DNA of 248,000 nt, from the NCBI RefSeq assembly GCF_000400465.1, contig NW_008806282.1:20001-268000 (forward strand), in the 5' to 3' direction. Shown in pieces: positions 110,364 to 122,916 of the stretch. The position numbers and the translations under genes are program-made. The notes under the pieces were generated by a model. It was not told the origin of the DNA and did no database searches. It was given only the letters and a program-made list of their open reading frames with translations. The stretch comes from Wallemia ichthyophaga EXF-994. Its lineage: Eukaryota > Fungi > Basidiomycota. The stretch's first letter is position 1. Each line of letters starts with the position of its first letter.

Positions 110364-112799
110364 ATGACAATTCCAGACAGATCAATACGCGTATCCGCAG
110401 ACAGAGGTGGTACTTTCACAGATATTATAGCCAGCTTTCCCAAGAACGGAAAGCACGAGGAGATTGTGGTGAAATTGCGTGAGTTTAGTGGTGGAGGTAC
110501 AAAGACTGCACTAACGAGTACTAGTATCGCAGGACCCCAACAACTACGCAGATGCTCCTACTGAGGGTGTGTAGTACTTGATTTGATCCGAGAAGCCCCC
110601 ACTTAACCCACGCAGGCATCCGCAGAGTGATCGAGATAGCCACCGGCGAATCTATTCCACGTGGCCAGAAGGTTCCATCGAAGAAACTCGATAATATCCG
110701 CCTTTCCACCACTGTAGCGACCAATTCACTTCTCGAGAGGAAAGGGGAAGAGCACGCGCTGCTTATCACGAAAGGATTCAAAGATCTTCTTGAGATCGGC
110801 AACCAGTCACGTCCAAAGATATTTGATTTGTCAATTAAGCGCCCATCGACGCTGTATAATGACGTCATCGAGGTAGATGAGCGCGTCACTCTCGTTGGAT
110901 ACACGCAAGATCCAGAAAGTGGAGAGAATGCGGTGCAGTTCGACGCCAAGGGCCGCATTGCCCGTGGCTACAGAGGCAAGGGTTGGGATGGTCAAGGTGA
111001 CGCAGAAGGTCCTGGCGACGTCGTGATGGGTGTGTCGGGCGAGGCTGTGCGTATACTCAAGCGACCTGATCTCGCTGTTGTGCGCCAGGACTTACAGAGG
111101 CTTTACAAGAAAGGTATACGCTCACTCGCTATTGTGTTCGTGCACTCATACACATACCCCAAACACGAACAGGAGGTGGCTGATTTAGCTCGCAGCATCG
111201 GTTTCACGCATGTGTCTGCCTCCTCCCAGCTCCTGTCTATGATTAAAATGGTGCCAAGGGGGGTGAGCGCAACTGCCGACGCATACCTCACCCCGGTCCT
111301 CTCAGACTACATCAACGGCTTCTTCCATGGCTTCGACGACGCTATCGGAGATGGTAGCGGTGCTGACGGGGGGTGCAAGGTAGAGTTCATGGGCAGCGAC
111401 GGCGGGCTGTTAGATTTGAGGAACTTTTCGGGCCTCAAAGCAATCTTGTCAGGACCTGCAGGTGGAGTAGTCGGTTATGCGCTCACTTCCTGGGACGAAA
111501 AGGCTAGAATACCAGTCATCGGTTTGGATATTGGCGGTACCTCAACCGATGTAAGCAGATTCGCTGGCGCTTACGAGACAGTGTACGAGACCACGACAGC
111601 AGGTGTTTCCATCCAGTCACCGCAGCTTGATATAAACACCGTAGCTGTGAGTTTTATAGCTAAATCCTCGCGCATCTAACAAACAAACACAGGCCGGTGG
111701 TGGATCGTGTCTTACTTTTAGAGACGGGCTGTTCCACGTTGGACCACATTCAGCGGGTGCACACCCCGGTCCAGCCTGCTATAAGAAGGGTGGACCGCTG
111801 GCCGTTACTGATGCGAATCTGTTTCTCGGTCGACTTGTTCCATCGCGCTTCCCGCGCGTGTTCGGACCCAACGAAAACGAGCCAATCGATCCATCGGCAT
111901 CTGCGGCGGCATTTGGGGAGCTAGAGAGGCAGATCAAGGCGGAGACCAACGCAGAGCATGATTTGGACGCTATTGTCTATGGATACCTCAAAATAGCTAA
112001 TGAGACAATGGCGAGACCAATACGCACGCTCACGGAAGCTAAGGGCCATGCGACGTGGTCGCACATTCTCGCAGCTTTCGGGGGTGCTGGTGGTCAGTCA
112101 GCTGCTGAGATAGCCCAGATACTAAAAATCTCGCGCGTTGTTATCCACAAATACTCGTCTATTTTATCAGCATTCGGTTTGTCGCTTGCAAATAGGACTT
112201 TCGAGAAACAACTGCCAAGTTCAAAGCTGTGGAATCAAGACAGCAAGCCTGAATTCACGAAGAGGTTGGATGAGTTGGCGGGAGTTGTCAAGCAGGAGTT
112301 GAATTCACAGGGCTTCGATAACGAGAGAATCACTCTGGAAAGATACCTCAATATGCGCTTCGACGGGAGTGACACAACACTCATGATTACGACAGACTCG
112401 GACGAACACTTCCACGAAGCATTCAAGGAACGCTACATCGACGAATTCGGCTTCCTTCTTGAGTCTGATATTATGGTCGACGATGTTAAGGTGAAGGGGA
112501 TTGGTAAGACTTATGATCAGCTCGGAGAATCTGCGCTGAGCGAGTACTCCAATTTGAAGCGCAGGCCACTCACGAAAAAGGACGCTGACAGTACACAACC
112601 ATCCTACTTTGAAATTCAAGGCAAGGGCCAGAGAGTAGAGACGCCGGTGTATGTGTTGGATAACTTGCAAGTTGGAGACACCATCACAGGACCAGCCATC
112701 GTAATCGACAATACGCAGACTATCGTGGTGTTACCAGATTGGATTGCAACATCTACCACTCAATGTTTGTTTCTTGAGTGCGAGAAGCTGAAACAGTAG
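110364..112799 (+). CDS. 5-oxoprolinase N-terminal (hydantoinase A) half only
   Basis: ADRGGTFTD, RLSTTVATNSLLERKG, DIGGTSTDVS, QLDINTVAAGGGS, FGGAGGQ; stops at 112799 with no HyuB half. Confidence 0.85.
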
Positions 112800-113069
112800 A
112801 GTGGAGTGCATGTAGAAATTAAAAGGATTAGAAATTCAAATGTATCTACGTTTCGAAATTAGAGTATAATAGTAAAGCAAAAAGGTATCAATTGAGTGGT
112901 GTATTCCATTGATAGATCTAAAAAGGGAATAGAAGGTAAGGGTTAGTAGAAATGTTAATTTGGGAGAAAATTCAAGTTATCAATCTAGCTGTGATTGTCC
113001 GGTATTAATGCGTCAGTTATTAGTGAAAAGAAGAATTAAAAAAAGTGGAATTCCTGTAAATCATCCAAA

Positions 113070-114864
113070 CTACTCCAAGCTCGCGTTGTAGTACTGATAG
113101 TTGTTCGGCCCAGGCGTGCGAACCGAATCTTCAACGAGGGGCGGAGGCTGGTAAGCGAACTGACCCTCGCCGTTATCAGTATAGTCTTCGCCGAGCCCGA
113201 GCGCCGACATCCTATCAGCAGACGTGGGCGGACAAGTGAAGCCGAAGCTAGCTACAGTTGGTGTCCTAAAGTCGTCCTCGTAGAATGAATGTGTTGAAGA
113301 GGCTGGTATAGTGTCGAAGGAGGGAAGCGATTGGGTTGTGCGTGGGACGGTGTAATCGAATTCCAAGTTAGACGACTGAGTGTGCTGAATGGGAGCGTAG
113401 GCCATGTCAAAGTGATTAAGGTGACCGATGTGGCCAAAATCGAAAGGAGAAACAGAGCTCATGGTACTGATTGTAGGGAGCGAGCTGCCGTAAATGGTTT
113501 GTGGTTGAGAATACCCAGTGTTGTGTATTTGTTGTTGTTGTTGTTGTTGCTCCTGCTGCTGCTCGAAATAATTCAGCTCCCTGGCAAAAGAATCCTCAGA
113601 ACGGTGTTTGCGCATTGGGCCAGATGAAGGCTCAATAGCTTCTCCAAAAGGTAGCAAGCCGAGATGCTCTGGTGAGCCATATTGGCTGGAGGAAGAGGGG
113701 CGCGACGAGTACTGACTGGCTGAGTCTGAGTTAGTAAGCGAAGACATGTACGAGCAGTCAGACAGAGTGTCTGAGTCTGAAGTCCTTGCGAGGGAACCAC
113801 TATGGGTACTACTATGGAAGCTGCGGTAGGCATCCTTGCCGTCTCTCGAATGTGTGCGGGTATGCACCGCGAGGTTATCAGAGCGGGTAAAAGACTTGAG
113901 ACACACGTCACATCTAAATGGACGCTCTTTGGTATGGGACCGCCTGTGTCTGCGGAGATGTTCATGCCGCTTAAACGCTTTGCCGCATTCGTCACACCGG
114001 AAAGTGCGCTCATCGGGTAGCTCGTTAGTGAGGTGCTCGAGGTGGTTCCAAGGGGGCAGTTTGGAAGGGGTGTCTTTGTGTGCAAGACTGCGCTTCTGTA
114101 AGATCTTTCTCAGAGTCTTTCCCTGCTTGTAGAACTCAGAGCCATTTTTTGTGCCGAGGAGAAAGACGTGAGAGAGGTTGTTGTCGTTGAGCTGTTGGTG
114201 GAGAGAGCAGTCATGGAGCCATTTGAATTTGAAGCTGGGCTCAAAAGTTGCAATTGTAGAGGCCTGTGCGGAAATTAGAAATTGAGGTACGGCGGGAGTA
114301 ATTGAATAGCCAACGCACGGGGTTGCCGGCAGCCTCGCGTTTCAAGTCACGCTCCAAGGCGTCGAGAAAAAGTCTGTCATGCGGCACAGCGTGCCAATTG
114401 AAGAGCTTTTGCTTCTTCTGGGTGCGGATAGCGCCATATCTGAAGAGAAGATCGAGAAGTTCACTGCCATTATCTTGAATGATGCTGTCAATACCAGGTT
114501 TTAAGTTGCGTAGGTCAGAAGAGATGCCCTCGTTGAGTTTTCTGTGGTCACGGATGTGTCTGCCGAGAGAGACAAGTTTAAAGCCGACGATCTTGAATAG
114601 GTCGGATGAGGATATGTAGAGATCGTTTAACCAGCGAATGCAGTGAATGTAATTTGATTCGCTCTCTAGTGGTATTCTGTGTATTAGAGCATGTGGATGG
114701 AGTGGACCTAGATCCAGCTCGTTATTAAACAGAGAAGGAGCCTCAATTAAGAAATTATTTAGAATTTTAATCGAACCAGCGATTTGAACGTCTATTTTAT
114801 CCATGTCTAATGGTTTAACAGGCACCAGGCCAAATTGTGATGATCGTTGAGTTGAAACACCCAT
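113070..114864 (-). CDS. STE12: Ste12-like transcription factor (STE domain + two C2H2 fingers)
   Basis: SDLRNLKPG, RTQKKQKLFNWHAVPHDRLFLDALERDLKRE; FKRHEHLRRH and CLKSFTRSDNLAVHTRTH. Confidence 0.88.
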
Positions 114865-116839
114865 GTCAACGACATCTGAAGTTGATGCCGAGTGCACACT
114901 CCTCGAGCAGAATTTGACTAAAGTGAATAATTTGACTAACTCAATGAGCTCAATGGTGTTTAGTCTAGAGGATAGGATGACTAGACTCGAGGGTGCGGTA
115001 ACTCCGCTGCAATCATCGACCAATGGTTTGGATGTTGTCTGTAGGAGTGAGTGTAGGATTGTGTGTTCGAATCTCTCCTAATTCATTTGATACATAGACA
115101 TTCAATCCTCACTCAACGCCATTGATAGCGATCAAAGACTATCAACGATCACCAGCGATGACGAACAAGCAATTATCGCAGGTGCTGATTCAAATGATAT
115201 TAGACCTTACTTGAAATTAGTTTGTTCGCTATGCAATCAACTTAAACACCTAAAACACTCCCAATGGTCTTCTTCTAAGAATGCTGCCACCGATCTCAAG
115301 AACCATGTTCAATCAGGTACACAATCCCTATTAAGGGTGTTTCAGGGCTGGGTTAGAGACGTAAGCATCCCAATTGATGCCGATAGCTGGAATCTCTTGG
115401 ATTTCCCGGGTATACCTCAACACGCCGTCGCGAGGTTAAGTGCCTTTATTGATGCTGTTTATCCTATACTAGACCAACTAGATGACTCTGCGTATACTCA
115501 TCCTTCTATCATTTACTCCTCTGAACGCGCACGCTACTTAAACATTTCTCTCCAGCCAATCTACAAAAAGTCTCAATTTTCACTTGATGCTCATTCTAAA
115601 TCTGGTCCACTTGGTACTCCTTTATATCTAAAAGGTTCTCAATCTCTTTCATCCCTCATAAAGACTGCAATAGCAATGGCTGACGTCGAGTGGCTCTCTG
115701 TCGTTGCTTTGTTTGGCAGGTGTGTTGATGATACAGGCGATAAGAAGGAAACAAATCCCTCAGATTACTCATCTCACTCAATCCATTCCCCCTTTACCTC
115801 TGCAATTGCACCAGCTGCCACTCTCATCCACTCCGCTACTTCAAACATATTCTCTCTTGCACGTTCAACCCCTCTCAAACACATTTTCCCTGTCTTAGAT
115901 GTTATTGAAGGTGTTACTCCACTCGCTGAGCCCTGGGACAAAGCCGTCACTGCGAGATGCACTCAGCCATCCACCAACCAAGTCGCCGCTTTGGTTGAGG
116001 AGTGTCGCTCAATCGCCCTGCACAGCTTTTCCGATGTTATCAAGCGCGTGCGCTTGCATAACGAAGAGAAACACATGACGGATGTGTCAGTAGTGACGAA
116101 TGATACCATTGCATATCTCAAAGAAATACCCGCATATTCCAACACTATGGAGCAGCTCCTGAGGCGTGTGGAGTGGGGGGGAAGGAGTGAACAACGCGCA
116201 CCACGCGCCAACCTCCTCGAGAATTACCTCCGTGATGTACTCACTAATCTGATAACCACACTCACGCACCTCAAACCAAATGCCTACACTACCATTTACA
116301 CGCTCAACAATCTCTCAGTGCTGCGACGCGAGCTGATAGAAGCTTGCGAGCCGGTATCACTCGACCCTAGCAAAGCCGACTCCCCCTCAAACCGCGACAT
116401 AGGAGATCTTTTAGGTGAAGCAGCTGAAGATGCACTCAACGACGCTTTGCGGACGTGGCGCATGGCGTATCTCGACGCAGTGTGGAAACCGTCCCAGGTG
116501 GCGCTGACGTCGGATGAGCTGAGCACCACAAATCAAGGGCCACACGTCCCCACGGCATTAGGGGGGAGTGCCGAACGTAAACAGCTCATCAAGGATAAGT
116601 TCAGCAGATTTAACGAGGCATTTAGCCATCTCGAAAGCTTGCATACCAAGCACCCCGTCGCCAAACGCGACAAAACGCTGCTTGGCAGACTAGGCAAGGA
116701 GTGCAAAGCTATGCTCCTACCTCCATACGCTACGCTCTGGGGTAAAAACCAGTCGGGGGACTTTGCCAAGACACCGTCAAAGTATATGCGCATCACACCT
116801 GATCAGCTCGAGGCGCGTATTGATGGGTTGTTTGTGTAG
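114863..116839 (+). CDS. EXO70: Exocyst subunit Exo70
   Basis: LLEQNLTKVNNLT N-terminus, YTLNNLS, IKDKFSRFNEAF, KYMRITP. Confidence 0.85.
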
Positions 116840-116997
116840 ATGGCTTGTCTATTTAGTGTGCGAATTGGCGTGTACATTGCGTCTTTATATTTGTTTTACT
116901 TTTTACTTTTGTGTGCGCGTGTGTGCATGTGTGCATTTGCGTCACTTGATTAGCAACTTCAATCACCAAACAAAATACACCAGTCAAAAACCAGAAG

Positions 116998-119900
116998 ATG
117001 GGAGTACCAGGATTATGGGATGTGAGTGGCAGAATGGCGTGAATGTACCGCTCAATTGGCTCCAGCTCCTCCGCCCAGCCGCGTGCTCCCACTCGCTATC
117101 GCGGATGTCTGTCGATGCGTTTGTAGCAAACAACCGTGGACACCGGGGACTGCGCGTAGGCGTAGATGCCTCAATCTGGCTTATACACTCACAAACAGCG
117201 CCTGGCGGTCTAAATCCAGCACTCCGCACGCTTTTCTTCAAACTGAGCAAGCTGATGACGCTGCCGATACTCCCTCTATTCGTGTTCGATGGGCCAGGCA
117301 GGGTGGGTTATGAGAGTGCGCAGTAGACCGCCTTTTTAATGCACTACCCACAGCCCAAAATGAAACGCGGTAAACAGGTACGCGGGAGACAGCCCCGCGG
117401 ACTTAAAGACTTTATTAAGCTTATCGACGCTTTCGGCTTTGAGCATCACCAGGCGCCCGGTGAAGCAGAGGCTGAGCTAGCCCATCTGTCCAAGATGGCC
117501 ACCATCGACGTCATCCTCTCTGATGATGTCGATAGCCTGCTTTTCGGCGGTGTCAAGATTCTGCGCAATTGGTCCCTCACTCTGTCGGGGAACAGCAGTC
117601 GATCTCAGCTGCAACTGCAGGCAGATGGACAAACCCGCACCCATGATTCACTTGCTGCCGACGATCACCGCGTCGAGACCTACACACTTTCCGACGTGCA
117701 CAGTCATCCCTCCACCGCCGTCACGCCTGCTGGGCTTATTCTCGTTGCGCTACTTGCAGGCGGCGACTACCACCCAGTGAGCGGGAAATATTTCTCTCAT
117801 TGCACTGTCTCACTTCAATGCAGGCCGGAGTGCAGAACTGCGGGACCAAAAACGCTTTCGGCTTGGCGCGAGCAGGTTTCGGGGAGAAGCTGATGGAGGG
117901 TGTGAGCTTGACACCGCCATCTGAGCTACCTTCCTTTTTGGATGCGTGGCGGGCTGAAATGCGCGAGGAGCTCACTCACAACACCTCCGGTCACCTCAGC
118001 AGCAAACGTCCAGCAGTAGCTGCAGCGCTAACGCCATCTTTCCCCGACATGGAGGTTCTCGCACGCTACACGCACCCACTAACGACGGCGTCGACCGAGT
118101 GCGACGCTGTTTACCGCGCCTCACTCGCCGCAGTCCGTTTCGCGAAAGAGCCCGATATCGCAGCCCTAGCCCGTTTCTGTGAGGAATACTTCGAGTGGGG
118201 TGAACGCTCGCGGATCGTTGCCAAATTCCGCAGCAGCGTCTGGGACGGGGTGTATGTGCGTGCGCTGCGCGCTGCCACTTGCGCTCTGGATAGTGGGGAA
118301 TGTGGGGAATTCAACGAGGAGGCCAAATCTCATCTCGTCCGCATACACCAAACTCGCAACAAAAGCAACGCAGAAAGGTACGTCGAGTACCGCATTTCAG
118401 TCGATCCCGCACCTTACGTTCGCATCGTGGAGATGGCACTTACTGGTGACATGCGCGCTTTGAGAGAGGCTCGTAAACGCAACGACCCTGCTCTGCGCGA
118501 TCTGCGCAACGCCTTGCCAGATGAGAACGGTGGTAACAGCCTTGGCACGGATGTCTCCTCGTCTAATTTGGATCTGACAGCGGATCCTACCCCATCTCAA
118601 ACTCAAACTCAAACTCCATCGCAGTCGCTGAATACACAAAAATCTAAACCACCTACTGACCAACACGCCCCGCTGAGAATGTGGGTGCCGTCGCAGATTC
118701 TCCGCGCCGCTTTGCGCAATGAGACGGATGCTTTCGATAGCGGACGTGGTGTTCATTCCAGTGGTAGCGAAAGAGTGGCGACAGTAGCCCCGAGCCGCAT
118801 CCCACACCCTGCATCTGCTTTAGTACGCGAGAAGACCATTGTGGATGAGCAAGATAAGCAAGATGAGCAAGGAGATGGTAATGGTGGCGGTGATAATAGT
118901 GACATTACTACTCGATATAGAAGTGTCAGAGGTAGTAGAGGTGGGAGAGGTAGAGGTGGTGGTAGGCGCAGACGCGCTACTGCCAACGACTTCACCACAA
119001 ACACGCACAACACCCTCACTCGTCACGCTACCATAGAAGACCAGCCTGATTACACTCAAGCTAACAACTTTGATTTCGTCGATTTCACCGACTCGAATAA
119101 CCCCATCGTCCTGCCTTCTCCACCCAAGGTGAGTCGTAAGAGGGCGACAAAGGGCGGTGTAAATGTGGCGAGTACGGAAGGTTACGTAGGCAACCGCGCA
119201 AGCACTCAACGCACCCAGCAAACTCAACACACTCAACGCACTCCACGCAAAACCAGCGGTAGTAAGCGCCACGTCGATAGTACGTCGACTGACAATCTCG
119301 GTGAGCGTTTGAAGCGGATTGGTGCGGTGGGAGAGGGTGCACAAGACACTGCAGCGCCTGAAGATTTAAATGCCAGGGAGGAATTAAGAGATTCTGAAGA
119401 CGCAGCATACTCAGGATACTCAGGATATTCAGGTCATCCTCAACATCATCGACACTCTCCGCCCAGCTGCAGCAAAACTCCATCAAAACCCAAACAATAT
119501 AGCCTCGCCAGCCCTCTGGATGCATCGCTCAGTCCACCGTCGCCTTCGGCGTTGTTTGGTTTGGGTGGAATGGGTGGAAATGAGAAGGAGAAGGGGGAAT
119601 TTGGGGAATATGCTCTGAGGCATAGGCATAAACCTAAAAACAAAAACAAGGAACCGATACAGATTGACGATTCACCCGTAAACACAAACAACACCCAGGA
119701 CCTAGATGGAGAAAGAGCGAAAACGACCCGTACACACGCAAGCCACTCACCTATCAACATTTCGAGCGACGAAAGCTCAACGCCGCGGGGGAAGAGTACG
119801 AGCGTGGTGAAGGGGAGTAAGAGTAGGAGTAAAAAGAGAGATTCACTGTCGCCGTCGTTGCGGCGTAGGAGTGAGGGCAGCAAAAGAAAGAACAAGACAC

Positions 119901-120004
119901 TTACGGGTGTGTTCGCCGGGCGTAAGCCTGTGCATACGCCTGCATCTACGTCTGCCCACAAGCAGTTAAACAGCAAGACAAACGACGTTATAGATCTGAC
120001 GTAG
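116998..120004 (+). CDS. XPG-family Holliday junction resolvase Gen1/Yen1-like
   Basis: MGVPGLW, GVDASIW, VFDG, APGEAEAELA, SDDVD, GGDY. Confidence 0.85.
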
Positions 120005-120103
120005 AGATGATGATGTAATAATACAACACAAATGGAATTTGAGTTTAATTGAGTTAATGTACAATAGACCACTATGCAAAAAGTAATTGAAAATATAGTC
120101 CAA

Positions 120104-121846
120104 CTACCAAAAGTTTTCACTGCGTGCTTCAACACTATACTCACCTCTTTCGCATCTCTTCCTCCGCTCAAGCAACCAAGCGTCGAACCAATTTTTCATT
120201 CGCAGGCGACTCGCCGGCTTTGCATTGTTGACAGTGGCGATGATGCGCGTGTGGTCAATGGAGAGAGCGAAGCAAGTGAGTTCCGTGAAAGATGAATGTT
120301 CCGAGTAAGGTACGCCATAGCAGCTAACGTAATCGTTAGAGCCGCGTGTGCTGTGAATGTGTTTGTGCGTGTACGTGTCCCACCTGCTGAGGTCTTGTTT
120401 AAGGAGGAGGTCGATGGACGGCGACTTGCTATCACTTGCCGACCCACTCCCACTACTGCTTTCGCTCTTGCCGCCCCTTCCGCCCCCGCTGTACGTCCAG
120501 CCGGTCGGCTTAATGCCGATTACGCGCGAAAAGCGCCCGTTGAATCTGGATATGTAGTCGGGAAGCGCGGCAATAGTTACCCCACCCAGACCCTGAATGT
120601 GCACTTGAGCAGCGTAAGGGTCGGAAGTGAGGAGAGCATCGAGGTCGCTGTCGCGCTCGTTGCGCAGAAGCGCTTGTCGCCGCTTATCGGCGTATACTTT
120701 GGAATTGAGGGCATGAGCAATCGCCTTTACTATCCGCTCCTTGCCGATGGAATAGGTGCCGACCACAACGAGGACATCGTTGGGGAGAGTATGTGGGTGA
120801 ATATTTTCATTTTCACTTTTATTTTCACCACTGGATGGTTTTTCATCTGTCACGTACTCACCATGCTCATCTTGCTCAGGAGCACCACTCAGCTTCTTCC
120901 AGCCACCCTTGATCATGTCGAGCATTGAGCTGTTTGGCTGCATCAGGCTATTCACTCGCATCTCACCCCGTAAATTCGCGAGGACGAGGTCGCGGCAGGC
121001 ATCAATAACGAGTGGCTGTGGAGGGAAGGAGTAGGTGGGATTGAGGTAGGTGGTGTCTAAGTAGATAATGTCGAATTTTGACCGAGCGATGGCGGGATGG
121101 CGTATGTGTCTGGGACTGGCCCTGAAATCGCCGCAATGGAGGTATTTGAAAGAGCGGCTGCTGCCGATCCACGGGGAAGTGAAAGTGGATGGCGCAGCAT
121201 CGACTGTCTGCCTACCCTCGAAGACAATAATGCAAGAACCGGGGCAGTGGTTTGCGTCGATAAGGGTCGCGGTGACGCCATTCGTGCCTGGGATGGTGTG
121301 TGCAGTGTTGAGTGAGAGCGGGCGGAGGTACTCTCGCTTGACGCTTGTTATGTGGTGGACGAGCTCGGCCGTAATCTCGGAGCAGTATATCGGACCACCA
121401 CTCCAGTTCTTGGATAGTGACTGATAATGGTCGCTGTGGGCGTGTGTGAGGAAGTAGGCTGTGATATTGGGGATGGACGAGTACGCGAACGCGTCAACGG
121501 CGATGGGCATTCCTTGGAGTATCTTGTAGAAAGGAGGTTGGCGCGGTTGGCGTGGCTGTGATTGTGCGTCTGCCTCCGCATCTGCCTTCTCTTCGGGGTT
121601 ATTGGATGACATGAGCACGTTGAATGCAGATATCTTTTTCTTCTTCGCGGGTGGCGGGGGAGGAGTGGGCGAGGGGGATAATCGCTTGTCTTGTACTTGG
121701 TTGTTCTCTAGCTGCTTATCAGCCACAGCCACAGCATCATAGCCACCATCCAGGCATCGGTTCACGTGGTGATTTGCAGCTGGTTGATCGTGATTGGACA
121801 AATCTAGATTGCAAACCGGGCAAAATGGGCAAACCGGGAGATCCAT
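120104..121846 (-). CDS. PSO2: Interstrand crosslink repair nuclease Pso2/SNM1
   Basis: UBZ CPVC, THAHSDH, ANHCPG, LHCGDFR, YLDTTY, VPYSEHSS. Confidence 0.95.
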   Translation of the reverse strand: MDLPVCPFCPVCNLDLSNHDQPAANHHVNRCLDGGYDAVAVADKQLENNQVQDKRLSPSPTPPPPPAKKKKISAFNVLMSSNNPEEKADAEADAQSQPRQPRQPPFYKILQGMPIAVDAFAYSSIPNITAYFLTHAHSDHYQSLSKNWSGGPIYCSEITAELVHHITSVKREYLRPLSLNTAHTIPGTNGVTATLIDANHCPGSCIIVFEGRQTVDAAPSTFTSPWIGSSRSFKYLHCGDFRASPRHIRHPAIARSKFDIIYLDTTYLNPTYSFPPQPLVIDACRDLVLANLRGEMRVNSLMQPNSSMLDMIKGGWKKLSGAPEQDEHGEYVTDEKPSSGENKSENENIHPHTLPNDVLVVVGTYSIGKERIVKAIAHALNSKVYADKRRQALLRNERDSDLDALLTSDPYAAQVHIQGLGGVTIAALPDYISRFNGRFSRVIGIKPTGWTYSGGGRGGKSESSSGSGSASDSKSPSIDLLLKQDLSRWDTYTHKHIHSTRGSNDYVSCYGVPYSEHSSFTELTCFALSIDHTRIIATVNNAKPASRLRMKNWFDAWLLERRKRCERGEYSVEARSENFW

Positions 121847-121876
121847 CGGGTGCAATCTTCTTACCAACCGACGGTG

Positions 121877-122887
121877 ATGACGGGATGGAATAGAGTGCTT
121901 AAATTCTGGGTAATATTCGTGATAGCGACGTTGAATATAAATTTAGTACAAATATTCAGCAGTCCATTTAAATTAATCAGTAAATCCATCTACACAAGCA
122001 TCATCGACTACTCGAAAGCGTCATTCTCCAAGTTTCTGGTTATTTTGTTAAATTTGCAAGGTAATGGAAGCGTAGTGAGAGTGTACAACCCAGTAACAGT
122101 TCAACCACAATCTGTAATCTTCTCAAACCACCAACTGTACACTGATTGGATTTACATCTGGACTCTCCTCTATAAGCTGGAATCCAACGCTGATCACCTT
122201 ATCATCATCCTCAAACACTCCCTCAAACACATCCCCATCCTTGGCTGGGGTATGCAATTTTTCAACTTTATCTTTCTTAGACGCAGTTGGGCTGTTGATA
122301 ACAAGACACTCTCTAATCAATTACATCAGATTTCTGCCAACAGCAACCCATACACCCTTCTCCTCTTCCCTGAAGGTACCACCATCTCCAACGATTCTCG
122401 CCCAAAGTCAAACAACTTTACGAAGAAAATTGGCGTTGAAGATTTTCACCATCTCCTCTACCCACGTGTTACTGGTCTCCTCCACTCCCTCAGGTCTCTC
122501 TCCCATAATCCCAACCTCCAGGTCATCGACTCTACCCTTGCATACCCAGACATCCCCCCTGGCGTCTACGGCCAGGACTGGTACACGCTTAAAAACACCT
122601 TCCTCAGGCGCATCTCGCCGGATATTATACACTTGCACATGAGCAGCTGGAAATTGTGTGACATTCCAATCCACTCGGATGATTTATTCACTAGCTGGCT
122701 TCTACAGAGGTGGCACGAGAAAGAGCAACGTTTGCGTGTTTTCCAAGAGTCACACACTCTAGATCCATCTGGCAAGTACCAAGACATCCCTCTCAATCTA
122801 ACCCATCCACTAGCACACACACTCGATGCTTTCATCTACTTTGTTCCTATCATTTTGGTGTATGTTCTATGTCGTTTGGTGATATAA
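121877..122887 (+). CDS. Lysophospholipid acyltransferase (Cst26/LCLAT-like)
   Basis: NHQLYTDW, FIFLRRSW, FPEGT, LYPRVTG. Confidence 0.88.
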   Translation: MTGWNRVLKFWVIFVIATLNINLVQIFSSPFKLISKSIYTSIIDYSKASFSKFLVILLNLQGNGSVVRVYNPVTVQPQSVIFSNHQLYTDWIYIWTLLYKLESNADHLIIILKHSLKHIPILGWGMQFFNFIFLRRSWAVDNKTLSNQLHQISANSNPYTLLLFPEGTTISNDSRPKSNNFTKKIGVEDFHHLLYPRVTGLLHSLRSLSHNPNLQVIDSTLAYPDIPPGVYGQDWYTLKNTFLRRISPDIIHLHMSSWKLCDIPIHSDDLFTSWLLQRWHEKEQRLRVFQESHTLDPSGKYQDIPLNLTHPLAHTLDAFIYFVPIILVYVLCRLVI

Positions 122888-122916
122888 AATTCATGTCATT
122901 TGATATCGATAATCAT

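Noticed and set aside
114865-115023. STE12 ORF extension antisense to EXO70 exon 1
   Set aside because: Begins at a non-ATG codon; the plus strand encodes the conserved Exo70 N-terminus
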